Notes: generated by a model not told the origin, from the letters alone. Shown: positions 8,348 to 17,898, numbered from the stretch's first letter. The stretch is 41,757 nucleotides of DNA from Candidatus Nomurabacteria bacterium (GCA_943354745.1 CALRDB010000004.1:1-41757), one strand, 5' to 3'. Made by a program: numbers and translations.

Positions 8348-9889
8348 ATGATTAGTGAAGAGTTAAAACGGCTCTGTGAAGGCCTCAGTTCCACTACGGA
8401 CGCGGAAAAGGAGGAACAGGGACCGTATATCACCGTCGAACATTTGACGGGTAAGTTTGGGGCGATGTATGAAAAAGTGCGCTCCTTTGTCGACTATAAG
8501 GACTACCATGTCATTCGACAGAGTGCGATACGTCGTATGTTGAAGCGCCAGCTGTATCTTGAGCGTAAGCCAAACTCCGGAGGCGCGCTTCTGCGCGAAC
8601 TTGTGAGTGGAGGATATCTCCCCAACAACAAAATTCCGGAAGCACGAGGTATTGAGCTTCAGAACATTATCCATAAATGGTTAACTTTTGAGCGGGAGGG
8701 TCTCGCTATTGCGTTGTCTCTTGATTTCGCTTCCATTGAAATTGAACAGTTTCTCTTTCCCGATGTTGCACAGAGTCTGCTTATAAATTCGTTTTTCCAG
8801 TCGACACTTCGAGCAATTTCATATCAGAGCAAGGATACTATCGATCATACTCTTATAACACTTGCCGCCTGTCGGCGCAGTTTTTTCTCCGAAGACAAAT
8901 CACGATTACTGCACGCTCTCATTACGCGAGAAATTCCAGAGCTTCTCTCGCACAACAGTCACAGCGACCAAGTGCTTATGGTACTTGCCCCGCGAGTCTT
9001 GAATAGCTTACGAAAAGCCGAAGATGTGGCCACTCACCCCCTGGTGTGGAAGGTTTCCGCGCGTTTACATAATCATGCTCTCTACTACTCCGTACTTCTC
9101 GAAATGTTTCGTTCCTACGGGAAAGGATCTGAAATTGTTTTAAGCGAAGAGGAAAAACTCAAGGAATGCGTTGAGACTATTGCGAAAAATAAGCAACAAC
9201 AGCAAAGGAAGTTGCTACGCATAAGTGGCCGACGAGCGGTTATTTATTTGCTTTTGACGAAAATAATTCTCGGAGTCGCATTCGAGTGGCCGTACGAACA
9301 TTTTATTCTTGGTAAGGAAAATTATTTTGCGCTTGGTACCAACGCATTCTTTCATCCGCTCCTGCTCCTTTCGATGGTGACGTTTGTCGCCAAGCCTCGG
9401 AAAAGCGGACTACAGCGAATTGTCGACGGAGTTTCTGCTATTGTGCAAGGTAAGGAGATGAAGCAAATCTTTATTAAGCCTCCGGCTAGCACAGTCACAT
9501 TCTTTTTTGTCATGTGTTTTTATGTCGCTCTTTTTATTGTTTCCTTCGGAATTATTTTAGCCGGCCTTATCGCCATTGATTTCAATATAGCCAGCATTAT
9601 TTTGTTCTTTGTATTCTTGACACTTGTTAGCTACTTCGGTCTTCGTATCCGCGGAAGCGCGAGACGGTGGGAGCCTGTGCGTGAGAAACCTGGGACGTTT
9701 GGCATGGTGTGGAACCTTTTTACATTTCCGATTGTGAATACCGGGCGCTGGTTTAGTGTTCGATTTTCCACCGTTAATGTATTCGTCCTTTTTCTCGATT
9801 TTTTGGTCGAAGTACCCTTCAAGGCATTTTTAGGTATCTTTGACGCCTCTCTCTCGTTTATTAAGGAACACCGAGTGGATACCTATTAG
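8348..9889 (+). CDS. Hypothetical membrane protein (soluble N-half, multi-TM C-half)
   Basis: 516-aa ORF from 8339; ATG 8348 lies 7 nt after TATCAT; about 5-6 hydrophobic segments in the C-terminal half. Confidence 0.8.
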   Translation: MISEELKRLCEGLSSTTDAEKEEQGPYITVEHLTGKFGAMYEKVRSFVDYKDYHVIRQSAIRRMLKRQLYLERKPNSGGALLRELVSGGYLPNNKIPEARGIELQNIIHKWLTFEREGLAIALSLDFASIEIEQFLFPDVAQSLLINSFFQSTLRAISYQSKDTIDHTLITLAACRRSFFSEDKSRLLHALITREIPELLSHNSHSDQVLMVLAPRVLNSLRKAEDVATHPLVWKVSARLHNHALYYSVLLEMFRSYGKGSEIVLSEEEKLKECVETIAKNKQQQQRKLLRISGRRAVIYLLLTKIILGVAFEWPYEHFILGKENYFALGTNAFFHPLLLLSMVTFVAKPRKSGLQRIVDGVSAIVQGKEMKQIFIKPPASTVTFFFVMCFYVALFIVSFGIILAGLIAIDFNIASIILFFVFLTLVSYFGLRIRGSARRWEPVREKPGTFGMVWNLFTFPIVNTGRWFSVRFSTVNVFVLFLDFLVEVPFKAFLGIFDASLSFIKEHRVDTY

Positions 9890-9903
9890 CTTCTGTAAAA
9901 GGC

Positions 9904-9941
9904 TTGACAGAATCGTGAATCATGCTATCCTAAAAGCATGA
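9904..9941 (+). promoter_or_regulatory. Sigma70 promoter with operator-like inverted repeat
   Basis: TTGACA (9904-9909), 16 bp, TG-c-TATCCT (9926-9931); inverted repeat TCATGCT/AGCATGA at 9920-9941. Confidence 0.7.
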
Positions 9942-10038
9942 CGGTATTACAAGCCACCAGCAAGAATTTTTTTGGAAACTTCGGTAAACCGAAGGCTGTT
10001 GCAGTGTAAACCCGATGTTTCTCCTAACGAACACACAA

Positions 10039-10063
10039 CCGGCCTTCTAGGGCCGGATTTTTT
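10039..10063 (+). terminator. Terminator-like hairpin in the ABC transporter leader
   Basis: CCGGCC-ttctag-GGCCGG-ATTTTTT, lying between the promoter and the start codon. Confidence 0.65.
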
Positions 10064-10129
10064 GTGCCGAAAGGAGGAGCTACCAGGTCTTTGAAAATTA
10101 AATACAAAAACCCAACCAAAGGATAGTCT

Positions 10130-11959
10130 GTGCTCTATAGAATTAACCGTGCTCGTGTCTGGACACAAGCGCAGTACCAGTCGTTTCGCTCGGAATGGCC
10201 ACATCTTAAGAAAAACGTCCTGCGTATTTGCGCTATCTATCGTCCGTTTCTGTTTCCGCTTATTGTCATTACGGTGCTCTCGCTTGGGAGTCAAGCATGT
10301 CTTCTCGCTATACCGTTCTTCATCGGGAAGATTATTGAAGCACTCTTTCGTGGTGAGGAATTTACTCGCATTGTGCTTCTCTCGGCTGGAATGGTGGCAA
10401 GCTTCACGTTTCTTAGTCCAATACAGTTTCTCCAGGACATCAATCGGAACAGAAATCTGGACATCAAGAATCGATGGCACCTTACTAACGTAACGTTTAA
10501 GCGGCTGCTTACCTTTTCACTCAGGCAAATAGCGGGAGGAAATTCGGGTCTCCGCCAGGCGACCATCGGAAAAGGAGAATACGCAGTCCATGAGATTGTT
10601 CGCACGTTTGTGAAGGAGTTTACTCCTCCGTTCGTGAAAATTCTTTTTACGTTCGGTATGCTCCTCGCGTGTTATGCGCTTATCGGACAAGTCAGCGCGG
10701 TACTCCTTGTCGTGTATGGAGCGGTCAGCTTCATACTTAACGTACAGGTCTTTCCGGAGCTCAAGAAGTGCGAAGACCTGGATGAAAAAGTTGACGCGGA
10801 ACATGCTGAGCTTCTGACCCATCTCGAACTCATCATAACCAGTGCGGAGGAAACGAGAGCACTAGACGAGTTCAATCGTCGGTATGCCGAATTCCAAAAA
10901 CGTGAGGAGGCCTTGTGGGTGAGATACTACACCACTTCGGCATGGCTTCGTGATCCGATCATTATCATCGGATTCATGTTGGTTACCGCGATCGGCATTT
11001 ATCTCATTCGTACAGGAGTATATAAGCCGGGTGATTTCGCGGTCATCATCAGTTGGTCAGTGGCGCTGTTCACCGGACTTGCTCCGTTTGCGGCGCTTCA
11101 ACGTAAGTTCATGCGTCATTATTCGATGGTGCGGCGGTACTTTGAAATGCTTGACCAGCCTCCGGAAACAGCGACAGCACAGCTCTCGTATGCTCCGCAA
11201 AAGCTTACCGGACGTATTGAGTTTAGTGGAGTGTCCTACACCCATCGGGCAATAGATGGAAATGGAGGCGACATACCCGCAATCAAAAATATCTCGTTCT
11301 CAATTCAAGCCGGTCAAACTATCGGAATCGTTGGACACACCGGTTCGGGTAAAAGCACACTTGTTAAGGCGATTCTGCGTTGGTACGACCCAGATCAAGG
11401 GTCGATCCTCGTCGATGGAGTGGACTTACGCACCTACAACCTTTCGTGGTATCGAAAGAAAATTGGGTATGTGCCACAGCAAGTGCATCTTTTCGATAGC
11501 AGTATTCGGCGGAACATCAGTATGGGTTCGGGACGTGACCTTGTCGACACAGAACTGGAAACGTTATCCACACTTGTGGGTATTGATACATTCTACGACC
11601 GACTTGGTTCGAAACGGTTCGATATTACGGTGGGAGAACTTGGCAGACATCTCTCTGGTGGTCAAGTACAGCTTATCGGCATAGCTCGCGCGCTCGCGAA
11701 AGATCCCTCGATACTTATCTTCGATGAAGCGACGGCAAGTCTGGATTACGGAAGCGAAGCGGTGGTCCAGAGGGCAATGCGAACTGCGCTTAGTGGCCGA
11801 ACGGGCATTGTGATTGCACACCGGCTTTCCACCGTTCGTCACCTCGATATCATTGCGGTGATGAATCACGGATATATTGTGGGAATTGGTGCGCATGACG
11901 AACTCATGCGTTCGTGCAGTGAATATCAGAAACTTGTGAAGTACGAGCTCCGCGCTTAG
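10130..11959 (+). CDS. ABC exporter, fused permease/ATP-binding (MsbA/MdlB-like)
   Basis: TM domain plus Walker A GHTGSGKS, LSGGQ, IFDEAT and IAHRLST; AAGGA upstream of the GTG. Confidence 0.93.
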   Translation: MLYRINRARVWTQAQYQSFRSEWPHLKKNVLRICAIYRPFLFPLIVITVLSLGSQACLLAIPFFIGKIIEALFRGEEFTRIVLLSAGMVASFTFLSPIQFLQDINRNRNLDIKNRWHLTNVTFKRLLTFSLRQIAGGNSGLRQATIGKGEYAVHEIVRTFVKEFTPPFVKILFTFGMLLACYALIGQVSAVLLVVYGAVSFILNVQVFPELKKCEDLDEKVDAEHAELLTHLELIITSAEETRALDEFNRRYAEFQKREEALWVRYYTTSAWLRDPIIIIGFMLVTAIGIYLIRTGVYKPGDFAVIISWSVALFTGLAPFAALQRKFMRHYSMVRRYFEMLDQPPETATAQLSYAPQKLTGRIEFSGVSYTHRAIDGNGGDIPAIKNISFSIQAGQTIGIVGHTGSGKSTLVKAILRWYDPDQGSILVDGVDLRTYNLSWYRKKIGYVPQQVHLFDSSIRRNISMGSGRDLVDTELETLSTLVGIDTFYDRLGSKRFDITVGELGRHLSGGQVQLIGIARALAKDPSILIFDEATASLDYGSEAVVQRAMRTALSGRTGIVIAHRLSTVRHLDIIAVMNHGYIVGIGAHDELMRSCSEYQKLVKYELRA

Positions 11960-11984
11960 CACATTCGCTCATTAGTATCATGTA

Positions 11985-12018
11985 AGCCACCGGCACGCTG
12001 CTGGTGGCTCTTTTTTTT
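11985..12018 (+). terminator. Intrinsic terminator
   Basis: AGCCACCGGCA-cgc-TGCTGGTGGCT-c-T8. Confidence 0.85.
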
Positions 12019-12046
12019 GGTCGAAAAAATGCTACTATTCTTGAAT

Positions 12047-12979
12047 ATGAAGCGACTTCTTGGCAACGTATTTCTTCTTGCCTTCATGGGGATACTTGCC
12101 TATATATACCGAGAGCCAATTCAAACGGGGTGGGCGGTAGTGTACAACCAGTATTTTCCGTGTACGCGGCCAATTACGTACCGCGTTGAGTCCTTTGATC
12201 CGCGTTTCGGTCTGTCAAAGGAACAATTTCTAAAATCAATTTCGGAAGCAGAGGGGTTATGGGAAAAAGTTTCGGGGAAGAATTTGCTTGAATATTCTCC
12301 CACCGGAGTATTACGTATTAATTTGGTTTTTGACTATCGCCAAGAAGCAACTGAGCGAATGAAAAAAATAGGTTTGGTTGTGGACGATAACCAAGCTTCT
12401 TATGACGCGCTAACCGGGCACTTTAATTTATTAAAAAGTCAATTTGCTGAACGAGAGGATTCCTACAAGCAGGAGGCGGCACGAATCGATGAGAGAACTG
12501 TTTCCTATAACGCTGAAGTTCAGAGCTGGAATAAAAAGCGTGGGGCCCCGCCGGATGTATATGCACGACTTGCTACGGAAAAAGATTCATTGAAGAGGGA
12601 GGTTGATCAACTGCGCACGGAAGAGGCGAACCTCCAAACGATGATACGTGATATAAACGCCCTCGTAACGGTGGTAAATCAAGTCGCCAACAATATAAAT
12701 GTAAACGCGGAGGAGTTTAATAAAATTGGTAAAGCTCGTGGTGAAGAATTTACTGAAGGTTTGTACACTAGTGACCGGTCGGGACAAAGAATCGAGATTT
12801 TTCAATTTACCGATGCGAAAAAATTGACACGAGTGCTCGCGCATGAGCTCGGTCACGCGCTCTCACTTGAACATGTAGGCGACCCGAAAGCTATTATGTA
12901 CCGACTTAACCAAGGTACCGCGACCGCACTCACATCTGCTGACATCTCGGCGATCAAAACTCGCTGTGGAATTAAGTAA
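12047..12979 (+). CDS. Matrixin-family (M10) zinc metallopeptidase with coiled-coil insert
   Basis: HELGHALSLEH zinc motif, AIMY Met-turn, N-terminal TM; ATG 12047 lies 8 nt after TGcTACTAT. Confidence 0.9.
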   Translation: MKRLLGNVFLLAFMGILAYIYREPIQTGWAVVYNQYFPCTRPITYRVESFDPRFGLSKEQFLKSISEAEGLWEKVSGKNLLEYSPTGVLRINLVFDYRQEATERMKKIGLVVDDNQASYDALTGHFNLLKSQFAEREDSYKQEAARIDERTVSYNAEVQSWNKKRGAPPDVYARLATEKDSLKREVDQLRTEEANLQTMIRDINALVTVVNQVANNINVNAEEFNKIGKARGEEFTEGLYTSDRSGQRIEIFQFTDAKKLTRVLAHELGHALSLEHVGDPKAIMYRLNQGTATALTSADISAIKTRCGIK

Positions 12980-13092
12980 CTCGGTATCGTATGCTCCTTC
13001 AGAAAAAGATGGCTCATTCGGATGAATCGGAGGATGTATCTGATTAAACTCATTTTTCTGTACACCAATTTTAAGAATGTTACACTAAAGAC

Positions 13093-13638
13093 ATGACCCT
13101 ACCGACAAAGGACGAAGCGCAGAAACTTTTGGAATCGCACGTACAAGACGAGTACCAACGCTATCACGCCAAGATGGTGGCGACGGCGATGGAAGGATAT
13201 GCACCGCAGTTTGGTGGCGACCCGCTTCTGTGGTACGTCACGGGGTTACTTCACGATATTGATTTTGAGAAGTTTCCGCATCAACACCCCGCCGAATCGC
13301 TTAAATGGTATAAAGAATGGGGTTACCCCGAAGAACTGATTCATGCGGTGGAATCACACGCATATGGGTACAACGGCTTCACGACTTTGCCGCAGACAAA
13401 ACTTGCCGCCGCTCTTATGGCGTGTGATGAGTTGTCCGGGATTTTTTACGCCTACCGTAAGATGAATCCGATTCCGTACGGGCAAATGAAAGTCAGTTCC
13501 ATTTTGAAACGCCTAAAGGAGAAGGCCTTTGCCGCCAAAATTGACCGAACCGTTATCACTCGAGGCGCCGAAGTCCTCGGCGTTCCGCTCGAGAAGCACA
13601 TTGAAAATCTTATTTCCTTTTTTTCGACGTTAGTTTGA
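13093..13638 (+). CDS. HD-domain phosphohydrolase
   Basis: H...GLLHDIDFE...H...ESH...ACDELSG. Confidence 0.9.
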   Translation: MTLPTKDEAQKLLESHVQDEYQRYHAKMVATAMEGYAPQFGGDPLLWYVTGLLHDIDFEKFPHQHPAESLKWYKEWGYPEELIHAVESHAYGYNGFTTLPQTKLAAALMACDELSGIFYAYRKMNPIPYGQMKVSSILKRLKEKAFAAKIDRTVITRGAEVLGVPLEKHIENLISFFSTLV

Positions 13639-13661
13639 AATTATCAGCGTAAGATACATCT

Positions 13662-14297
13662 ATGAGTAAAGAAATGCCAGATTCACTTGACTCTTTCGCG
13701 GGGGTTCCCGACCAGAAGAAGAAAGAAGAGAAGATTGTCTTCCATCAATTCCCCGGTCTTCCCAAAATCCTTCTCGAGCTGGCAAAGAAGAATGGGGATA
13801 CCGCAAGGCTTGCCGACGTCCGCGAATCCTTTCGTAAAGCTCCATACGAGGATCAACTGGATGTCCAGAAGGCCGAAGACCAAGAGGTCTATGAGTATAA
13901 GCTTGGATTCCAAAACTGGAGGGGTCTTTTGTTAGACATGGACCCTGAAAAAATCGAGCTCCCAAAAATACTAGAGTATATCGACTGGGCTTCGGAGAAT
14001 TTCACTGACAGAGGCATCGAAGGTTTGGCACTTATCCCCGGTCAGGAGGCTTTTCGAACCGAGCTTGTCGAGCTTACCAAGCTCGCAAAGGAACTACGTG
14101 TGGAATGTGTAAAGCAGCAGGATGAAGAAAAGAAATTTTTGAATAGAGTTCGTGGTCGGAAAGACAGAGGCGAAGTCTCTCGTCTGCATACGGCGCTCTG
14201 CTCAAAGATTCGCGCTATACACGAGAAGTACGGGGTCGGTGAGTGGTCGGACGAACAAAAGAGACTGGCACAGGAGCGGCGAAGCTACGACATCTAA
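13662..14297 (+). CDS. Hypothetical charged helical protein
   Basis: 211-aa ORF; TAAGAT 6 nt before the ATG; no motif recognised. Confidence 0.7.
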   Translation: MSKEMPDSLDSFAGVPDQKKKEEKIVFHQFPGLPKILLELAKKNGDTARLADVRESFRKAPYEDQLDVQKAEDQEVYEYKLGFQNWRGLLLDMDPEKIELPKILEYIDWASENFTDRGIEGLALIPGQEAFRTELVELTKLAKELRVECVKQQDEEKKFLNRVRGRKDRGEVSRLHTALCSKIRAIHEKYGVGEWSDEQKRLAQERRSYDI

Positions 14298-14379
14298 AGT
14301 ATGAGTTGGTCCGTGGTTGATTTTGCTATCAGGCCTCCGGTCCGTGCTATAATGAAGCTTACTATCTCCATCAAACATC

Positions 14380-15291
14380 ATGTCTCCGCAAAGCTTTACA
14401 TCTCAAACGTCGGCTGTACCCACTTCCGTAAGAATAGGAAAGTTTAAGGCGAGTAGGATTATTTTAAAGGAGTCGTGGGCGCTACTTTCGCATGACAAGG
14501 AGATTTTGTGGCTCCCCGTGCTTTCTGCCATTACTTTCTTCGTTAGTTTGGCGATTGTAGGAGTAATCGTTTATTTCGGTGTTCTAGGAGGGAGCCTTGA
14601 TGCTCTCAAAGGACTGGAAAACGCTGAACAAGGAGTTAAGGACGTGGCAGTGTACGCCACTATTTTCGGATACTATCTTCTGATATTTTTTATTACCAAT
14701 TTTTTCCAGGCCAGTATCTTCGCTATTGTACATGCTCGGTTTAACGGAGGGAACTTTAGTCTTGGAGACGGCCTTGCTTCGGCGAGAGCGCATATGGGGA
14801 GGATTTTCATCTGGTCGCTTATTTCAGCTACGGTCGGGGTTATCTTACAGGTTGTCTCCGACAAATCGAAGGTTGTTGGAAAAATAGTTGCTGCGATATT
14901 AGGGTCTGCCTGGAATATTTTGACTTACTTTAGCCTTCCGTCGCTCGTTATCGGTCAGGCAAGTCTGACTGATTCATTCAAGGAGTCGGCTTCTATGATT
15001 CGCAAAACGTGGGGTGAAACCATCATTGTTAATTTCGGAGTTGGGCTTATTTTCGGACTCATCAATACACTCCTATTCGCTGTTGGAATCGTTATCCTGA
15101 TATTGTTCCCCACAATGAACGTGGCTATAGGCATTGGGAGCTCTCTGATTTTTTTGATTATTCTGCTTTCTATTCTCTCTACTTCTCTAAACGCCATCTT
15201 CAAGCTGGTACTGTTCGAGTACGCCCGCACCGGCACGGTTCCGCAAGGCTTTTCCTTGGATGTAGTGCAAAGTGCCATCAAGGTGAAATGA
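14380..15291 (+). CDS. Membrane protein (DUF6159-like)
   Basis: SWALLSHDKEILWLP, IFIWSLISATVGV, RKTWGE; about 6 TM segments; TGcTATAAT upstream. Confidence 0.75.
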   Translation: MSPQSFTSQTSAVPTSVRIGKFKASRIILKESWALLSHDKEILWLPVLSAITFFVSLAIVGVIVYFGVLGGSLDALKGLENAEQGVKDVAVYATIFGYYLLIFFITNFFQASIFAIVHARFNGGNFSLGDGLASARAHMGRIFIWSLISATVGVILQVVSDKSKVVGKIVAAILGSAWNILTYFSLPSLVIGQASLTDSFKESASMIRKTWGETIIVNFGVGLIFGLINTLLFAVGIVILILFPTMNVAIGIGSSLIFLIILLSILSTSLNAIFKLVLFEYARTGTVPQGFSLDVVQSAIKVK

Positions 15292-15359
15292 GCTCACACC
15301 TGCTGACATCTCGGCGCTAAAGGCACAGTGTCAGATTAACTAATTTCTAACACACTACC

Positions 15360-16064
15360 ATGTATAGCGTGACCGATCTCAAAAAAGAACTGGAAAACAA
15401 AGCAAATCCCGCACGAGCGAAAGTCTCTGCGGGGTACTTTAAGACTGGAAAAGGGCAGTATGGAGAAGGAGACATCTTTCTCGGAGTGACTGTTCCCGAT
15501 CAACGGAACATTGCCAAAAAGTTTTTGCACTGCACGTTCCATGACTGTGAAGAACTTTTGCAAAGCGTTGTGCATGAACATCGTTTTTGCGTACTTGAAA
15601 TCCTGACACGACAGTTCGAGAAAGGAAATGAAACACAGAAAGAAGGAATCGCGAAGTTTTACATTAAACATGCGGAGCTAGTAAATAACTGGGATTTAGT
15701 GGATACCTCAGCTTCGTATATTTTGGGCGATTACCTACTACATCGGGACAAGAAAGTTCTTTATACTTTTGCCAAATCACCGAACCTCTGGAAACGGCGC
15801 ATCGCGATTATCAGCACCGGCGCTTTTATTCGCGAAGGACGGTTTGAAGACACGCTTGCTATTGCTACTCTGTTACTTTCGGATACACACGACCTTATTC
15901 ACAAAGCTGTTGGCTGGATGCTTCGTGAAGTGGGCAAGCGTTCCTCTGAAACTGAAGAGGAGTTCCTTAAACAGTATGCGCGGACTATGCCTCGCACGAT
16001 GCTCCGCTACGCTATCGAGAAATTTCCTCACGCAAAACGAGTTCGGTATCTTAATCGGTACTGA
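15360..16064 (+). CDS. DNA alkylation repair protein (AlkD-like HEAT-repeat glycosylase)
   Basis: YFKTGKGQYGEGDIFLGV, NNWDLVD, LWKRR, HKAVGWMLRE, RTMLRYAIEKF. Confidence 0.92.
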   Translation: MYSVTDLKKELENKANPARAKVSAGYFKTGKGQYGEGDIFLGVTVPDQRNIAKKFLHCTFHDCEELLQSVVHEHRFCVLEILTRQFEKGNETQKEGIAKFYIKHAELVNNWDLVDTSASYILGDYLLHRDKKVLYTFAKSPNLWKRRIAIISTGAFIREGRFEDTLAIATLLLSDTHDLIHKAVGWMLREVGKRSSETEEEFLKQYARTMPRTMLRYAIEKFPHAKRVRYLNRY

Positions 16065-16071
16065 GACAAAT

Positions 16072-16097
16072 TCTATTTTCTAATTCGCGCGAATAAG
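16072..16097. repeat. Upstream copy of ArsR-flanking repeat (operator-like)
   Basis: TCTATTTTCTAATTCGCGCGAATAAG; 24/26 identical to 16436-16461; core palindrome ATTCGCGCGAAT. Confidence 0.85.
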
Positions 16098-16122
16098 CAT
16101 ATAAGATGTATATTAGTTATAT

Positions 16123-16383
16123 ATGAAAGAATATGAACGTGTGTTAAAAGCTCTAGCAAATCGTAGAAGACTTTCTATTATTGCTATCCTGAAAAAGCGC
16201 AACGAAGCGACAGTGGGAACGATTGCCGACTCTATCAAACTTTCCTTCACATCGACATCCAAACACCTGAACATGCTCGCGCGAGTGGATATCCTGGACA
16301 AACGTCAGCAAGGACTTGAAGTCTTTTATTTTCTTGGTGCAAGGGTGCCGGAGGTTGCGAGACCGATTATCTCTCTACTCTAA
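16123..16383 (+). CDS. ArsR/SmtB-family winged-HTH protein
   Basis: LKALANRRRLSII...TVGTIA...TSKHLNML...RQQGLEVFY; no Cys. Confidence 0.9.
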   Translation: MKEYERVLKALANRRRLSIIAILKKRNEATVGTIADSIKLSFTSTSKHLNMLARVDILDKRQQGLEVFYFLGARVPEVARPIISLL

Positions 16384-16433
16384 ATCCTGTCTCAGGTCGC
16401 TTTTCTCCACTACTTTCGGCATTTTCAGTCCCG

Positions 16434-16471
16434 CATCTATTTTCTTATTCGTGCGAATAAGAAAATAGATG
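16434..16471. repeat. 38-bp palindrome downstream of the ArsR gene
   Basis: CATCTATTTTCTTATTCG-TG-CGAATAAGAAAATAGATG; 18-bp perfect arms, 2-nt centre. Confidence 0.92.
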
Positions 16472-16522
16472 AGGTATGTCGGGAGGAGTGTTTTAGAAAA
16501 AATTTCTTGGTATACTAACGCT

Positions 16523-17011
16523 ATGGAATTTTCGATACGGGAGTATAAAGACAGTGACAGAGACGCGCTTGTGAAATGCATGGTCGAACTGCAGGAGTAT
16601 GTGATGAGTGTGGACCCGCGAATGCTCGTGCAGTGCAAGCCGGAGTTTGGTGAGCTGTATACGGTGTGGCTTTTGAATTTACTGAAGGAAAATAGCGGCA
16701 TTGTTTACTTTGCAGAAGTAAACGGAAAAATTATCGGCTGCGCTGCCGGAATCATGCCCGCACATGAGCCGCAGGAAACGGCTGGCGGAGGACCCATAAA
16801 ATACGGACGCGTTCAAGAAATGTATGTGGACGCAAATTATCGTGGCGCGGGAGTAGGGAAGGTTCTCATGGAGAAGACCGAGGAGTATTTCCGAAAGAGC
16901 GGATGCGATACGGTCTATGTCGAAGTATTCGCCCCCAACAAGAGTGCGCATGAATTTTACAAAATTTGTGGTTATGCGGACAGAGATATTAATTTGATGA
17001 AAAAACTTTAA
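16523..17011 (+). CDS. GNAT-family N-acetyltransferase
   Basis: MYVDANYRGAGVGKVLM, N..AHEFYKICGY; ATG 16523 lies 6 nt after TGgTATACT. Confidence 0.9.
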   Translation: MEFSIREYKDSDRDALVKCMVELQEYVMSVDPRMLVQCKPEFGELYTVWLLNLLKENSGIVYFAEVNGKIIGCAAGIMPAHEPQETAGGGPIKYGRVQEMYVDANYRGAGVGKVLMEKTEEYFRKSGCDTVYVEVFAPNKSAHEFYKICGYADRDINLMKKL

Positions 17012-17052
17012 TTCTGGGTACTATCCATCGTAATTCCAAACCTTAAACCCCT

Positions 17053-17706
17053 ATGATAAAAGCAATCATCTTCGATATGGACGGACTACTCATCGACTCC
17101 GAGCCGATTTGGCAGGAGGCGGAGGGGACGGTGTTGGGAAATCTCGGCGTGCGGTTCGCTCCTCCGGAACTGCGGCAAACCATGGGACTTAAAGTGACTG
17201 AAGTCGTCCAGTTTTGGTACGCACGGCAACCGTGGGAGAATCTTTCGATAGAAAAAACAGCGACCGATATTATGGATACGGTCGTTTCGCTGGTGAAGTC
17301 AAAAGGGACTGCTATGCCAGGCGTCCGTCACGCGCTTGACGTGTGTAAAGAGACGGGCCTTCCGATGGCGATTGCTTCCGGTTCGTTCTTCAGAGTCATT
17401 GAAGCGGTTTTGGAAAAACTCGGAATCAAAAATGAATTCTCGGTTATTTATTCGGCCGAGCATGAACCGTATGGCAAACCGCACCCGGGTGTCTATATTA
17501 CCGCTGCGAACAAACTCGACGTCGCCCCCGAATGTTGTCTCGCGTTTGAAGACTCGCCGAACGGAGTGCTTTCTGCAAAGGCCGCGCGTATGAAGTGTGT
17601 TACCGTCCCTGATGTTCATGTAAAAAGCGACAAACGATTTTTAATTGCCGACCTCAGACTAGCTTCGCTAGACGAACTGACTATCGAACAGTTATCGAGC
17701 CTTTAG
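17053..17706 (+). CDS. HAD-family sugar phosphatase (HxpB/YniC-like)
   Basis: FDMDGLLIDSEP, SAE..YGKPHPGVY, FEDSPNG. Confidence 0.9.
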   Translation: MIKAIIFDMDGLLIDSEPIWQEAEGTVLGNLGVRFAPPELRQTMGLKVTEVVQFWYARQPWENLSIEKTATDIMDTVVSLVKSKGTAMPGVRHALDVCKETGLPMAIASGSFFRVIEAVLEKLGIKNEFSVIYSAEHEPYGKPHPGVYITAANKLDVAPECCLAFEDSPNGVLSAKAARMKCVTVPDVHVKSDKRFLIADLRLASLDELTIEQLSSL

Positions 17707-17729
17707 GTGTCTTTTTGCATACTTCCTTC

Positions 17730-17891
17730 ATGGATAGAAAAATTATTTGGTTGGGACTTTTTGTTGGTTCCTCACTTGGAGGTTTTATCCCAAGCCTTTG
17801 GGGGGCGGGACTGTTTTCTCTATGGGGAGTCATCTTCACCGCGCTCGGAGGAATCGCGGGGATTTGGTTCGGTCTGAGGATAAGTGAGTAG
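17730..17891 (+). CDS. Small Gly-rich two-TM membrane protein (53 aa; absent from ORF track)
   Basis: MDRKIIWLGLFVGSSLGGFIPSLWGAGLFSLWGVIFTALGGIAGIWFGLRISE*; CATACT 6 nt before the ATG. Confidence 0.78.
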   Translation: MDRKIIWLGLFVGSSLGGFIPSLWGAGLFSLWGVIFTALGGIAGIWFGLRISE

Positions 17892-17898
17892 CTGTAAT

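Noticed and set aside
10087-10098. boxA-like GTCTTTGAAAAT (also GTTCCTTCACAT at 23110) as antitermination signals
   Set aside because: Short and degenerate; the 10087 copy lies downstream of the leader terminator, so it could not act on it.
9947-10480. 177-aa minus-strand ORF and many other antisense ORFs (e.g. 2920-3426, 22489-23058, 30157-30750, 32161-32733)
   Set aside because: Shadows of well-supported genes on the opposite strand, with no motifs.
16123-17011. ArsR plus GNAT as a toxin-antitoxin pair
   Set aside because: The genes are 139 bp apart with separate -10 boxes; known GNAT toxins usually pair with tightly coupled RHH antitoxins.
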